Shown: positions 36,193-43,318 of the stretch, piece by piece
Numbering within the stretch: the stretch's first letter is position 1
How the letters are laid out: each line of letters begins with the position of its first letter
Assembly (NCBI GenBank): GCA_041736305.1
Contig: JBGSTX010000005.1
Location: 1-43,318, forward strand
Direction: 5' to 3'
Length of the DNA stretch: 43,318 nucleotides
DNA from: Oligoflexus sp.
GTDB lineage: Bacteria; Bdellovibrionota_B; Oligoflexia; Oligoflexales; Oligoflexaceae
Notes under the pieces: model-generated
Seen by the model: only the letters and a program-made list of their open reading frames with translations
Database searches by the model: none
What the model was told of the DNA's origin: nothing
Translations under genes and position numbers: made by a program

Positions 36193-36411
36193 ATGCGTTG
36201 GGCTGAGTTCTTTTGGCTGCTTCAAAATCCACAGTATGTGATTTGCGATAGAATCCTGACGCACCTCATATCGTCTCAACAGGCTGAGACGGTGCGAAAT
36301 CCAAGTCGCAATCGAGATCAGCGAGAGCACCCAAGGCGTACAAACTCGAGTCTCGATAGGCTTCTTGACGAAAAGTCGATTCAGAGTGAATTCCCCGCCG
36401 TCTCTCCGTAA
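36193..36411 (+). CDS. Putative small protein (72 aa)
   Basis: GAGGAG SD upstream of ATG; no recognisable family. Confidence 0.35.
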   Translation: MRWAEFFWLLQNPQYVICDRILTHLISSQQAETVRNPSRNRDQREHPRRTNSSLDRLLDEKSIQSEFPAVSP

Positions 36412-36466
36412 AATAGAAAGACCAACCTGCCCCCCAAAGCATAGCTATTAACTGAAGGTCGAATCT

Positions 36467-38188
36467 ATGAATTCCGTTCTTAAAGCTATGATGTGCCTGC
36501 TGCACTTTGCGATTTTTCTTAAAAATGCACATGCACAAGGCGCGGACTTACCTCCCAAGGGCACGTCCTTCTTTGATTCCATGCAAGAATCGATAGGAAT
36601 CATTTATGATGGTAGACCTTTGCCAGTGCAGGCTTACCCTTTCGAAGAACTTCTAAAGCGACTTAACCAGCACAGCTCTTTTTTTACCTCCGTGGTTCCT
36701 TTCGGTCGATCTCTCCAAAAGATGGCCGCTTATCCCCAGTCCCTCAAGTCTCCTCGCGTGCTAGTTGCGACGAGTGAACTGAGCAAAGGCATGAACACGC
36801 ACTTTCGAGGTCGACTTTTTATCGCCTATGTTGAGGCTGCAAGAAAGTTGGAAGTTATCAGTTTCAATCCCATCATGGGTCGCTACGAGTTCCAAGTCGT
36901 CGATAACTTTTATCCAGGCGGGAAAGCTCAGGTTCGCTACATACAACGCTCTCTCTGCCTTCGTTGTCATCAAGGAGGGTCGCCCATTTTTGCGGGAGGC
37001 GAGTGGCTGGAAACAACGGCGTTCAATTCAGAGCTGCTAAAGCTAAGCGAGGCTGCCATCGGCAGCAAAGAGTACCTTGGAATCCCCCTGAATCGTGATG
37101 ACGTTTCTTCAAAATATGACCTTGACCCGAAGCCAGAGCATTTCGAAGACATGGTTCGCTTCGGTGCCCTCATGGTCGGCTATCAAAAAGCCTGGCAGGA
37201 TATCTGCTCGCTAAGCAAAAATCGGGTCTCTTGCAAGAGGAAGCTCATCAAGTGGATGATAATCACAAATCTCTTCGACAAGCTCTCGCTGGAACCTGAT
37301 CTCGAACTGCTGCGAGGCTTCGTCTCGGTGCTAGGCGAAGGAACGATCGATCTGCCCACAGAACAGTTGCCGGACCACAATCCCATAGTCAATGGGCAGC
37401 TGTCCTATCTCATGCCCGAAGCGATGGACCCGAGTCTAGCTAGGGGGCCCATGCAGATGATCATGGCGTCCAAAAAGGATCCTTTAGGTCTGCAGTTCTA
37501 CAAATTTCACATTTTTGTCAAAAGCATGGGTCAAAGCTTCTTTACAGAAAAAGACTTCGCTCACCTTCGAGCCTTGCTCGGTGGAAAAGTAGAATTGCGA
37601 TCCCAGGAGCTAAGTTTTCGCAAATATGCGGCACCGAATTTCGGCGAAGACCAAGCCTGCCTGCCAGATCCGAATGGCCTTCTTCAGGGCTTGAGCCAGC
37701 AGGAGGAAAAGAGGCTGACGATGCAATGGAGCTGCTTACCAAGAGTGGCCTGGGTGAGTCTTGTAAAAGCCCTCGACAGCTTAGCGCTCGCACCTGATGA
37801 TCCTCTCTCAAGAGAGATCATTCTTAGGGAACTCGATAAGAAACTGGGAACTCAGTACGCGAGCGGCCTCTGCTGCCTGGCAAACCTATCGCCTAAGCAC
37901 AAGAGGGATGCAGATAAAAAAATGCCGCTTGATCCAGGATCATTCAAGGATCTAAGACTCCAATCCTTTAGCAAATTCTGCAGTGAATGCCACCTCTATC
38001 AGGATTTGCCAGCTCCATTCCTAGCAGGTGAAAGCGAAGAGAAAGTCTTGCAAAATATTAAACTTAGGGCGCAGCTGATCCAGTATAGACTCCAGAATAA
38101 GCAAATGCCTCCCCACTTTGCGCGCTACCAACTGAACCCTCAAGAACGGCTGGATATCTTGCAGGATCTCAAGAAAATATCCGAATAA
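36467..38188 (+). CDS. Exported diheme c-type cytochrome of unknown function
   Basis: Signal ending AHA; two CxxCH motifs (CLRCH, CSECH); C-terminal MPP Met-ligand motif. Confidence 0.75.
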   Translation: MNSVLKAMMCLLHFAIFLKNAHAQGADLPPKGTSFFDSMQESIGIIYDGRPLPVQAYPFEELLKRLNQHSSFFTSVVPFGRSLQKMAAYPQSLKSPRVLVATSELSKGMNTHFRGRLFIAYVEAARKLEVISFNPIMGRYEFQVVDNFYPGGKAQVRYIQRSLCLRCHQGGSPIFAGGEWLETTAFNSELLKLSEAAIGSKEYLGIPLNRDDVSSKYDLDPKPEHFEDMVRFGALMVGYQKAWQDICSLSKNRVSCKRKLIKWMIITNLFDKLSLEPDLELLRGFVSVLGEGTIDLPTEQLPDHNPIVNGQLSYLMPEAMDPSLARGPMQMIMASKKDPLGLQFYKFHIFVKSMGQSFFTEKDFAHLRALLGGKVELRSQELSFRKYAAPNFGEDQACLPDPNGLLQGLSQQEEKRLTMQWSCLPRVAWVSLVKALDSLALAPDDPLSREIILRELDKKLGTQYASGLCCLANLSPKHKRDADKKMPLDPGSFKDLRLQSFSKFCSECHLYQDLPAPFLAGESEEKVLQNIKLRAQLIQYRLQNKQMPPHFARYQLNPQERLDILQDLKKISE

Positions 38189-38225
38189 AAAAAGCGGCAG
38201 AAACTCAGATAGTTAAACTGCCGCT
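38187..38225 (-). terminator. Intrinsic terminator for the minus-strand operon
   Basis: AGCGGCAG/CTGCCGCT stem with A7 on the + strand (U tail on the - strand), between convergent genes. Confidence 0.6.
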
Positions 38226-38252
38226 CGATGATATTCTGTACTGACCACTAAA

Positions 38253-38795
38253 CTAGGGGCAAAAAACCGGCGAATGTGCGGAGTTGCCCACAGCGTTTAC
38301 GGCGACGACAGTAAAGCAATTAACCGCAGAATTTGCGGGAGTGCTTCCTAGAGCTGTCTTGATTTCGTCACTGTTCACGGTCACCGAGTATTTCGCTCCG
38401 TTCTTCTGCAAAGCAGCGAGAGGGTAGTTTTTGATCTGAATAGGTACATCCGTTTTGCCCGGAAAGCGCGGATTGCGATCGGGCGGCACCAGGAAGACCT
38501 TATACGAAACTATAGCTGGATCAGCCGAGGCATCCCAGCTCATCGTGAAGTTGACTGGCGGCGCAGGGGTAGCCGGTTTAGGCGCTGCTGGCTTCGCTGG
38601 GCCGGCTGGCGATTCAATCTGCTGATCTTCGCCTTCTGCACCAGTCTTGTCAGCCTCTGCTTCGCTTGCCTGTGCTGACCTTACAGCACTTTTCACATTC
38701 CTATTATCCTGAATGGCATCATCTTGGCAGGCATGAATGAGTATCGATATAAAGAGGGTCGCCGAAAGGTTGCCGGCTGTTCGATTGAAAATCAT
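38253..38795 (-). CDS. Lipoprotein with fibronectin type III-like domain
   Basis: IHAC lipobox, Pro/Ala linker, SWDAS...SYKVF...FTVVAVNAVG.S FN3 pattern; GGAG SD. Confidence 0.7.
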   Translation of the reverse strand: MIFNRTAGNLSATLFISILIHACQDDAIQDNRNVKSAVRSAQASEAEADKTGAEGEDQQIESPAGPAKPAAPKPATPAPPVNFTMSWDASADPAIVSYKVFLVPPDRNPRFPGKTDVPIQIKNYPLAALQKNGAKYSVTVNSDEIKTALGSTPANSAVNCFTVVAVNAVGNSAHSPVFCP

Positions 38796-38810
38796 GTCTT
38801 CGCTCCTTTC

Positions 38811-39344
38811 TTATTTCGTTACAGCAAAGCCGGCCGGCGCTGGTGGAGCCGGGGCATTGGCGGGTGTTATCACTACGTCGACGCAGGACTTGTAGTGTAG
38901 TGTCCCACCCATATCCTGAACGAATTGAATCGTGCAGTCGGTGCAGGGCGTATTGGGAACGGTAAACTGGAAAGTGCCCTTATTGGGAGTCGCGCCCACC
39001 GCTGTGTTGTCGTCCGTTTGTGCGGGAACGAGCGGAGCAAAGTTCACCTGGCCCATGAGAGAGAAATTCAGCTGAAAGGTTCCTGAGTGACCGATTGTTT
39101 CTTCAAATTCCGCGGTAATCGTCTCGCCAACTGTGAGAATAACTGGATTAGGACTGCGGGTCGAAGTGGTTGAGCCACAGGGTGATGCAACGTCGCCTTT
39201 GTTTCCATCGCTGGAATTCCTCGGGACAAGACGCGGTATACTACCGTTAGCGCTCGTTACACTGAGACGTGCGTGGGCAAAGCTCACGGAGGCTAATAAA
39301 AGATCGGTGCTCGCGGCGAGTGCAAGCAGATGTTTCGTATTCAA
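38811..39344 (-). CDS. His-brace copper protein, LPMO-like (SCE4755-type)
   Basis: TTG start after GAGGGG; signal ending SFA-|-H gives an N-terminal His; PCG, ETIGHSGTF (second His), PNTPCTDCTIQFVQ, Y.SC.D. Confidence 0.78.
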   Translation of the reverse strand: MNTKHLLALAASTDLLLASVSFAHARLSVTSANGSIPRLVPRNSSDGNKGDVASPCGSTTSTRSPNPVILTVGETITAEFEETIGHSGTFQLNFSLMGQVNFAPLVPAQTDDNTAVGATPNKGTFQFTVPNTPCTDCTIQFVQDMGGTLHYKSCVDVVITPANAPAPPAPAGFAVTK

Positions 39345-39499
39345 TGGATCACCCCTCGAATTGTGTTCAAACCGGCCTAGCCATCGGTATCGGCAGGTAT
39401 TGAGAAAATCATCAGGGTAAAATTGTAGGCGCCTGTAATTATAGGTTTTAAATGGCCTAAGCGCTACCATCAATGGCAGCGCTTAGGCCACTCACCTAG

Positions 39500-39724
39500 T
39501 CAAGCAGCGGGAGGAGGGGGCCTCGGCGTTACCGTGATCGAGAGTTGAGTTGTCGCCAACTGACCTAAATTTCCATACGCGTATGGATAGTAAAAGAGGT
39601 CAACTTGCCCTGAAGAAATAATTGCATCTTCCCTCGAGTATAAATGCCTTTCGCTGTATTTCTTACGTCCGAAAAAAATCTCCGTAGCTTGTTCATACTG
39701 CGCCCGATTTTCGGGGCTGTTCAT
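39500..39724 (-). CDS. Small ORF (74 aa) or relic with a partial Ig-like repeat
   Basis: AAGGA SD before ATG 39724; C-terminal YPYAYGNLGQLATTQLSITV resembles YVLYAYGAEGQVSTATMTV of the 40475-41164 protein. Confidence 0.4.
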   Translation of the reverse strand: MNSPENRAQYEQATEIFFGRKKYSERHLYSREDAIISSGQVDLFYYPYAYGNLGQLATTQLSITVTPRPPPPAA

Positions 39725-39785
39725 TTTTTCCTTTCTAAAAGCCGAAACGAAATTTAATACTGCGGCACAAATTGGAGGAACCAAA

Positions 39786-40337
39786 ATGCGATTCAGCTTA
39801 CGTTTGTCATTTTCAACACTCTTGATGATATCTTTTCTATCTCTTGTACAAGGATGTAGCGGAGCTGCTTCCACCCCTGCTGGAGCAGATGATAGTGAGT
39901 ACGAAAATGACGATAATGATACTAAGAAAAAGACTACGCTGAAGGATGATAAAGAAAGCACCACTACGAAGAAAACTGAAGAAAAAGAAAAGAAGCCTGA
40001 TACGACGGTCGTTCGCCGTCAGATGACTAATATTTCAGATAAGATAACGCGCGCCCAAGCCAACCTTCAACGCACAGAAAGCCTTCGCAATAATGCTGTG
40101 GATAGACGCAATACTACGAAGAGTGAGCTGGCACAGGTCGAACTCCAGAAGAACGATCAAAACTCCGGCGGATTCGGCAATCCTATCAAAAAGACTAAGG
40201 CTGAACTCCAGGCTCTCATCGTTCAACAAACTGAGGAAGTGAATAAATTTGATTCTGAAGTGAAAAGCCTCGAAGATGAAATAGCCCAGTACGAAGCAGA
40301 GCTAGACGCTTTGACTTTGAAACTAGAGAAAAAGTAA
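39786..40337 (+). CDS. Coiled-coil lipoprotein, hypothetical
   Basis: GGAGG SD, VQGC lipobox, charged linker, heptad-rich C-terminus. Confidence 0.8.
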   Translation: MRFSLRLSFSTLLMISFLSLVQGCSGAASTPAGADDSEYENDDNDTKKKTTLKDDKESTTTKKTEEKEKKPDTTVVRRQMTNISDKITRAQANLQRTESLRNNAVDRRNTTKSELAQVELQKNDQNSGGFGNPIKKTKAELQALIVQQTEEVNKFDSEVKSLEDEIAQYEAELDALTLKLEKK

Positions 40338-40367
40338 GCTGAGACAGCCTCGCTCCTGGTCCTCAGT

Positions 40368-40393
40368 AAAAGCCTCCTCTAAGGAGGCTTTTT
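40368..40393. terminator. Bidirectional intrinsic terminator
   Basis: AAAAGCCTCCT-CTA-AGGAGGCTTTT between convergent genes. Confidence 0.85.
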
Positions 40394-40474
40394 CCATTCC
40401 ATTGAAGCTTCGGCTAATGTCCAGGAGTCCACTGGCGAAGGAGGAGGCAGCCGGCGGCTGCCCCTTGACGGGTG

Positions 40475-41164
40475 TCAGCGCACGACAACGGTCAGCTGCA
40501 AAATGCGCGACTCACCGAGCTGGTTGTAAACGGTAATCGTGTAGGTCGTCGTCTGAAAGGGATAGACTTCGATGGATCCGCTCGGCATGTTAAGATTTGC
40601 GTAGTTTGTATTGAGGGTGCTGTCGAAGATGTCGACCCGCGCTGCACTGCGGGAGCTCCAGTTCAGCCTTATCGCCTGGCCTGGTGAAGCTATGTAGGTC
40701 GAGGCTGTAAAGTATTCGATCTGCAGCGGGGAGAAGTACACAGTCATGGTAGCTGTCGACACCTGACCTTCCGCGCCGTAAGCATAGAGCACGTAATTAG
40801 CGCTGCGATTCGGCCAGACTTCGATAAAGTTCTCGGTGCCAAGATCCGAAATCGTCGTATCTCTGAAACCATCATAGATGTCGACGCGCACTGCATTCTG
40901 CACACGCCATGAGAGACGGACTGGCTGCTGTTTCTCGATGATCTGGGGCGAAGCCTGATAAAATTCGACTCGAGGAAAACCCGGAACAATCGGACCGATG
41001 ACGGGACCGATAGGACCCACACCGCCTCCCGCACCCACGCCCCCTAAGTTGCCCCCGCCCGGACCGACAATGGGAACGATAACCTGAGAATATGCTGATA
41101 TAGAGAAGAAAGAAAAGGAGAGCAAGGGGAGTAGGGCTAAGAGGAAACGGAATGTGCGTTTCAT
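40475..41164 (-). CDS. Secreted protein with Gly/Pro linker and two tandem Ig-like repeats
   Basis: ATG 41164 after AGGAG, signal peptide; two repeats 'F.AS...I..G..V.L.W....A.RVDI.D...IEV.P....Y'. Confidence 0.8.
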   Translation of the reverse strand: MKRTFRFLLALLPLLSFSFFSISAYSQVIVPIVGPGGGNLGGVGAGGGVGPIGPVIGPIVPGFPRVEFYQASPQIIEKQQPVRLSWRVQNAVRVDIYDGFRDTTISDLGTENFIEVWPNRSANYVLYAYGAEGQVSTATMTVYFSPLQIEYFTASTYIASPGQAIRLNWSSRSAARVDIFDSTLNTNYANLNMPSGSIEVYPFQTTTYTITVYNQLGESRILQLTVVVR

Positions 41165-41585
41165 AGTGTGGACTCCTGTTCGCGAGTGAAGAAGGTCGCT
41201 GTTAAATGCCCTGGTCTGATCCAAATGGCAAGTCAAAAATACCAGGCAAGCTTTAAAAAGGTTCTCAAGCGAAATTTCAGCGAAAACAGGAAAGAGCTGG
41301 GACGCAAAGACCAAGGTACTGCCGATGGCGATCGCCTTCTGCCGCTACACAGGGTTTTTAGTAAATGCAGTAAGTTTCGGTCAGAGCCGCGGGTGAGCAC
41401 CACCAAGCAAAGACCGTTTGATATTTTGACAAAGGTGCTCTTCCCATACGTCCTCCAGAGCTGGCTCGTCGCCATTCCCCTGATAGTTAAGCGGCTTTTG
41501 AACTCTTACCGCTGGTACGCAGTTTGCTTATAGGGACTCGCGACCGATGTTGTCGCCATCGCTATCTCTCGAAGGAGCCAAAACC

Positions 41586-42719
41586 TTGAAGCTTTTCCTC
41601 ACTCTCCCGCTGCTGCTCCTGCCAGCTTTCGCCTGCAGAACTCAAACCCCTGAGAGCGAAGTCAAAGTCACCAACGGTATCGAAAACCAACTCTTTCCTG
41701 CCACGGTTTTTGTGTATTCCGACGTCGGGCAGTGCACAGGTACTTTCATCGGTGACCAGCTGCTCCTGACAGCGGCCCACTGCGTAGACCAGGCCAAGTG
41801 GATTCGCATTCTCAAGAACGGACAGTCCATCGCAGCCACTCGCTTTTTAGGCCACTCATTTTTCGGTAACCCTCGTAAACCGGGCAAGAACGACGTTGGC
41901 CTCGCCTGGTTTCCCGTCGGCACCGCTCCTGCTAGTCTACCCCTTTGCCGCAGCGAGCCTAAGGCCGGTGATTCTGTCCGCCTCGTCGGCTACGGCTGCA
42001 ACGATATTACATCGTTCCAGCCGTGCAAAGGTGGCGGCATGCTACGCACAGGAAGGAACAATCTTGATTCTGTCGTAGACGGCAAGCTGAACCTCACACA
42101 GGGCATCATGACAGCGACCGCAGAGGATACGGCTCTCGGTGAGAAATCGTTGACGGGTTCTGGCGATTCAGGCGGTCCTTGGATTGTTGGCGAATGCATC
42201 GCGGGCGTCACCTCGGGAGGATGGTCCACTTATTCGACCGCAGCAAGCGTGACCTATCCATCCGTTGTTGATTTCCTTAAGCTCAATAACGCGTATACCG
42301 CTGCACCTGCGGGTTCCTTGCCGGTTGGCTTCATCCCTGGCCCAGGTGTTCCTGATCCCTTGCCACCGTCCCCTCCACCTCTACCTCCTCCCCCAGTGCC
42401 GCTTGCACCTTACGTAAACGTCGAAAGCTTCGACATCGACAAGAAGGCTATAAAAGCAGGAGAGACAGTTAAGCTCACCTGGAGAGCTCCCCGGGCGCGG
42501 AAGGTTGAGCTTTTGGCGAACGGCGAGTTTGTATCTGTCGTCAATGGGGACATGGGCGGAGCCAGCCATTCTCCGACCGTCGACACTGTCTATAGCATCC
42601 GCTATGAAGAAGAGCGCGGAGGCTCAAGCGAGTATATCTTTACGCATACCGTGAAGGTGACTCAGCGCAGCACCGAAGATCTTCTCGATCAGCTGCTCGA
42701 TCAGATGCAAGGATCTTGA
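41586..42719 (+). CDS. S1 (trypsin-like) serine protease lipoprotein with Pro-rich linker and C-terminal Ig-like domain
   Basis: TTG 41586 after AGGAG, AFAC lipobox; CTGT, LTAAHC, NDVGL, GDSGGP. Confidence 0.92.
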   Translation: MKLFLTLPLLLLPAFACRTQTPESEVKVTNGIENQLFPATVFVYSDVGQCTGTFIGDQLLLTAAHCVDQAKWIRILKNGQSIAATRFLGHSFFGNPRKPGKNDVGLAWFPVGTAPASLPLCRSEPKAGDSVRLVGYGCNDITSFQPCKGGGMLRTGRNNLDSVVDGKLNLTQGIMTATAEDTALGEKSLTGSGDSGGPWIVGECIAGVTSGGWSTYSTAASVTYPSVVDFLKLNNAYTAAPAGSLPVGFIPGPGVPDPLPPSPPPLPPPPVPLAPYVNVESFDIDKKAIKAGETVKLTWRAPRARKVELLANGEFVSVVNGDMGGASHSPTVDTVYSIRYEEERGGSSEYIFTHTVKVTQRSTEDLLDQLLDQMQGS

Positions 42720-42938
42720 TCGTAAGAATCCCAAACACTTTTACAGCTTCCAGCTATCTGCGGCTACGGGACGCGGGTTTGGACAGCTTCCAAGGCAGAG
42801 CATGCCGGCACGCGTAGCGGTTAAATTCGCCGGGAGAGCCGTGCCTAGGTCAACGCGCAAGGAAAGAGACCCGAATTATAAGCAAAAAGTGCTTTATATT
42901 TATTCATTACAGTAACTTATAAGCATTAAATTATTTAA

Positions 42939-42958
42939 ATATAAAAATACATTAATAT
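42939..42958. promoter_or_regulatory. Candidate SahR-like operator palindrome
   Basis: ATATAAA-N6-TTAATAT in the AT-rich promoter of the ArsR gene; resembles my recollection of the SahR consensus (ATATCAA-N6-TTGATAT). Confidence 0.35.
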
Positions 42959-43029
42959 AGATTTGCAATTTAACCGATATGGCTATAGCCTAAGGAAGTT
43001 CGCCCTATCGTGAGGATAAGTATAAAGCC

Positions 43030-43318
43030 ATGGACGCTATCGTTCAGACCTTTGAACATAAGAAGTCCGCTGCAGAGTCAGGCCATGAGCAAGCTCTCGC
43101 TCGACTCTGTAAGGCAGTAGCTGATCCCTTGCGCATATCGATTCTGCGCGTTCTCAGCAACGACTCATTCGGTGTACAAGAGCTGGCGGCGATCTTCTCC
43201 ATGCCGCAGCCGGGCATGAGTCATCATCTCAAAGTCTTAACGAACGCAGGTCTTCTGGTAAGCAGACGGCAAGGCAACAGCATATTTTATCGCCGCGCGC
43301 TCCTCAAGGGCGACCACG
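43030..43318 (+). CDS. ArsR-family HTH regulator, SahR-like (partial, runs off the window)
   Basis: Not in the ORF track. Translates MDAIVQ...LCKAVADPLRISILRVLSNDSFGVQELAAIFSMPQPGMSHHLKVLTNAGLLVSRRQGNSIFYRRAL, resembling proteobacterial ArsR-methyltransferase fusions. Confidence 0.85.
   Translation, partial: MDAIVQTFEHKKSAAESGHEQALARLCKAVADPLRISILRVLSNDSFGVQELAAIFSMPQPGMSHHLKVLTNAGLLVSRRQGNSIFYRRALLKGDH

Noticed and set aside
42720-42870. Possible SAM/SAH riboswitch upstream of the SahR-like gene (ACAGCTTCCA occurs twice)
   Set aside because: No riboswitch consensus recognisable by eye; needs an Rfam scan.

Overview
Bacterial chromosomal window of roughly balanced GC, rich in lipoproteins and secreted proteins. 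The style suggests a Bdellovibrionota/Oligoflexia-like or myxobacterium-like organism (inference only). The left two-thirds hold a large lipid-modification locus: a lipoxygenase, a membrane desaturase, OleC, OleA, a cytochrome P450, OleD, an iterative PUFA synthase (pfaD, a split pfaA, pfaC-like KS-CLF-DH-DH), an MMPL/RND exporter and a lipoprotein. Two things stand out. (1) pfaA is split between its ACPs and its KR-DH module by what looks like a complete programmed -1 ribosomal frameshift cassette: internal AGGAG, 10 nt, A_AAA_AAA, 6 nt, hairpin, and a start-less open -1 frame that joins the KR-DH ORF. (2) OleA/OleD/OleC are present without OleB, next to several oxidative enzymes, which suggests a polyunsaturated, oxidised beta-lactone rather than an olefin. 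The right third carries a GNAT-nitrilase fusion, a GST, transglutaminase-like and lytic-transglycosylase-like lipoproteins, a diheme cytochrome c, a His-brace LPMO-like protein, Ig-repeat proteins, an S1 protease and a partial SahR-like ArsR regulator. Relics include a group IIC intron 3' end and a GT1 glycosyltransferase fragment. All family calls come from motif recognition; no searches were run.
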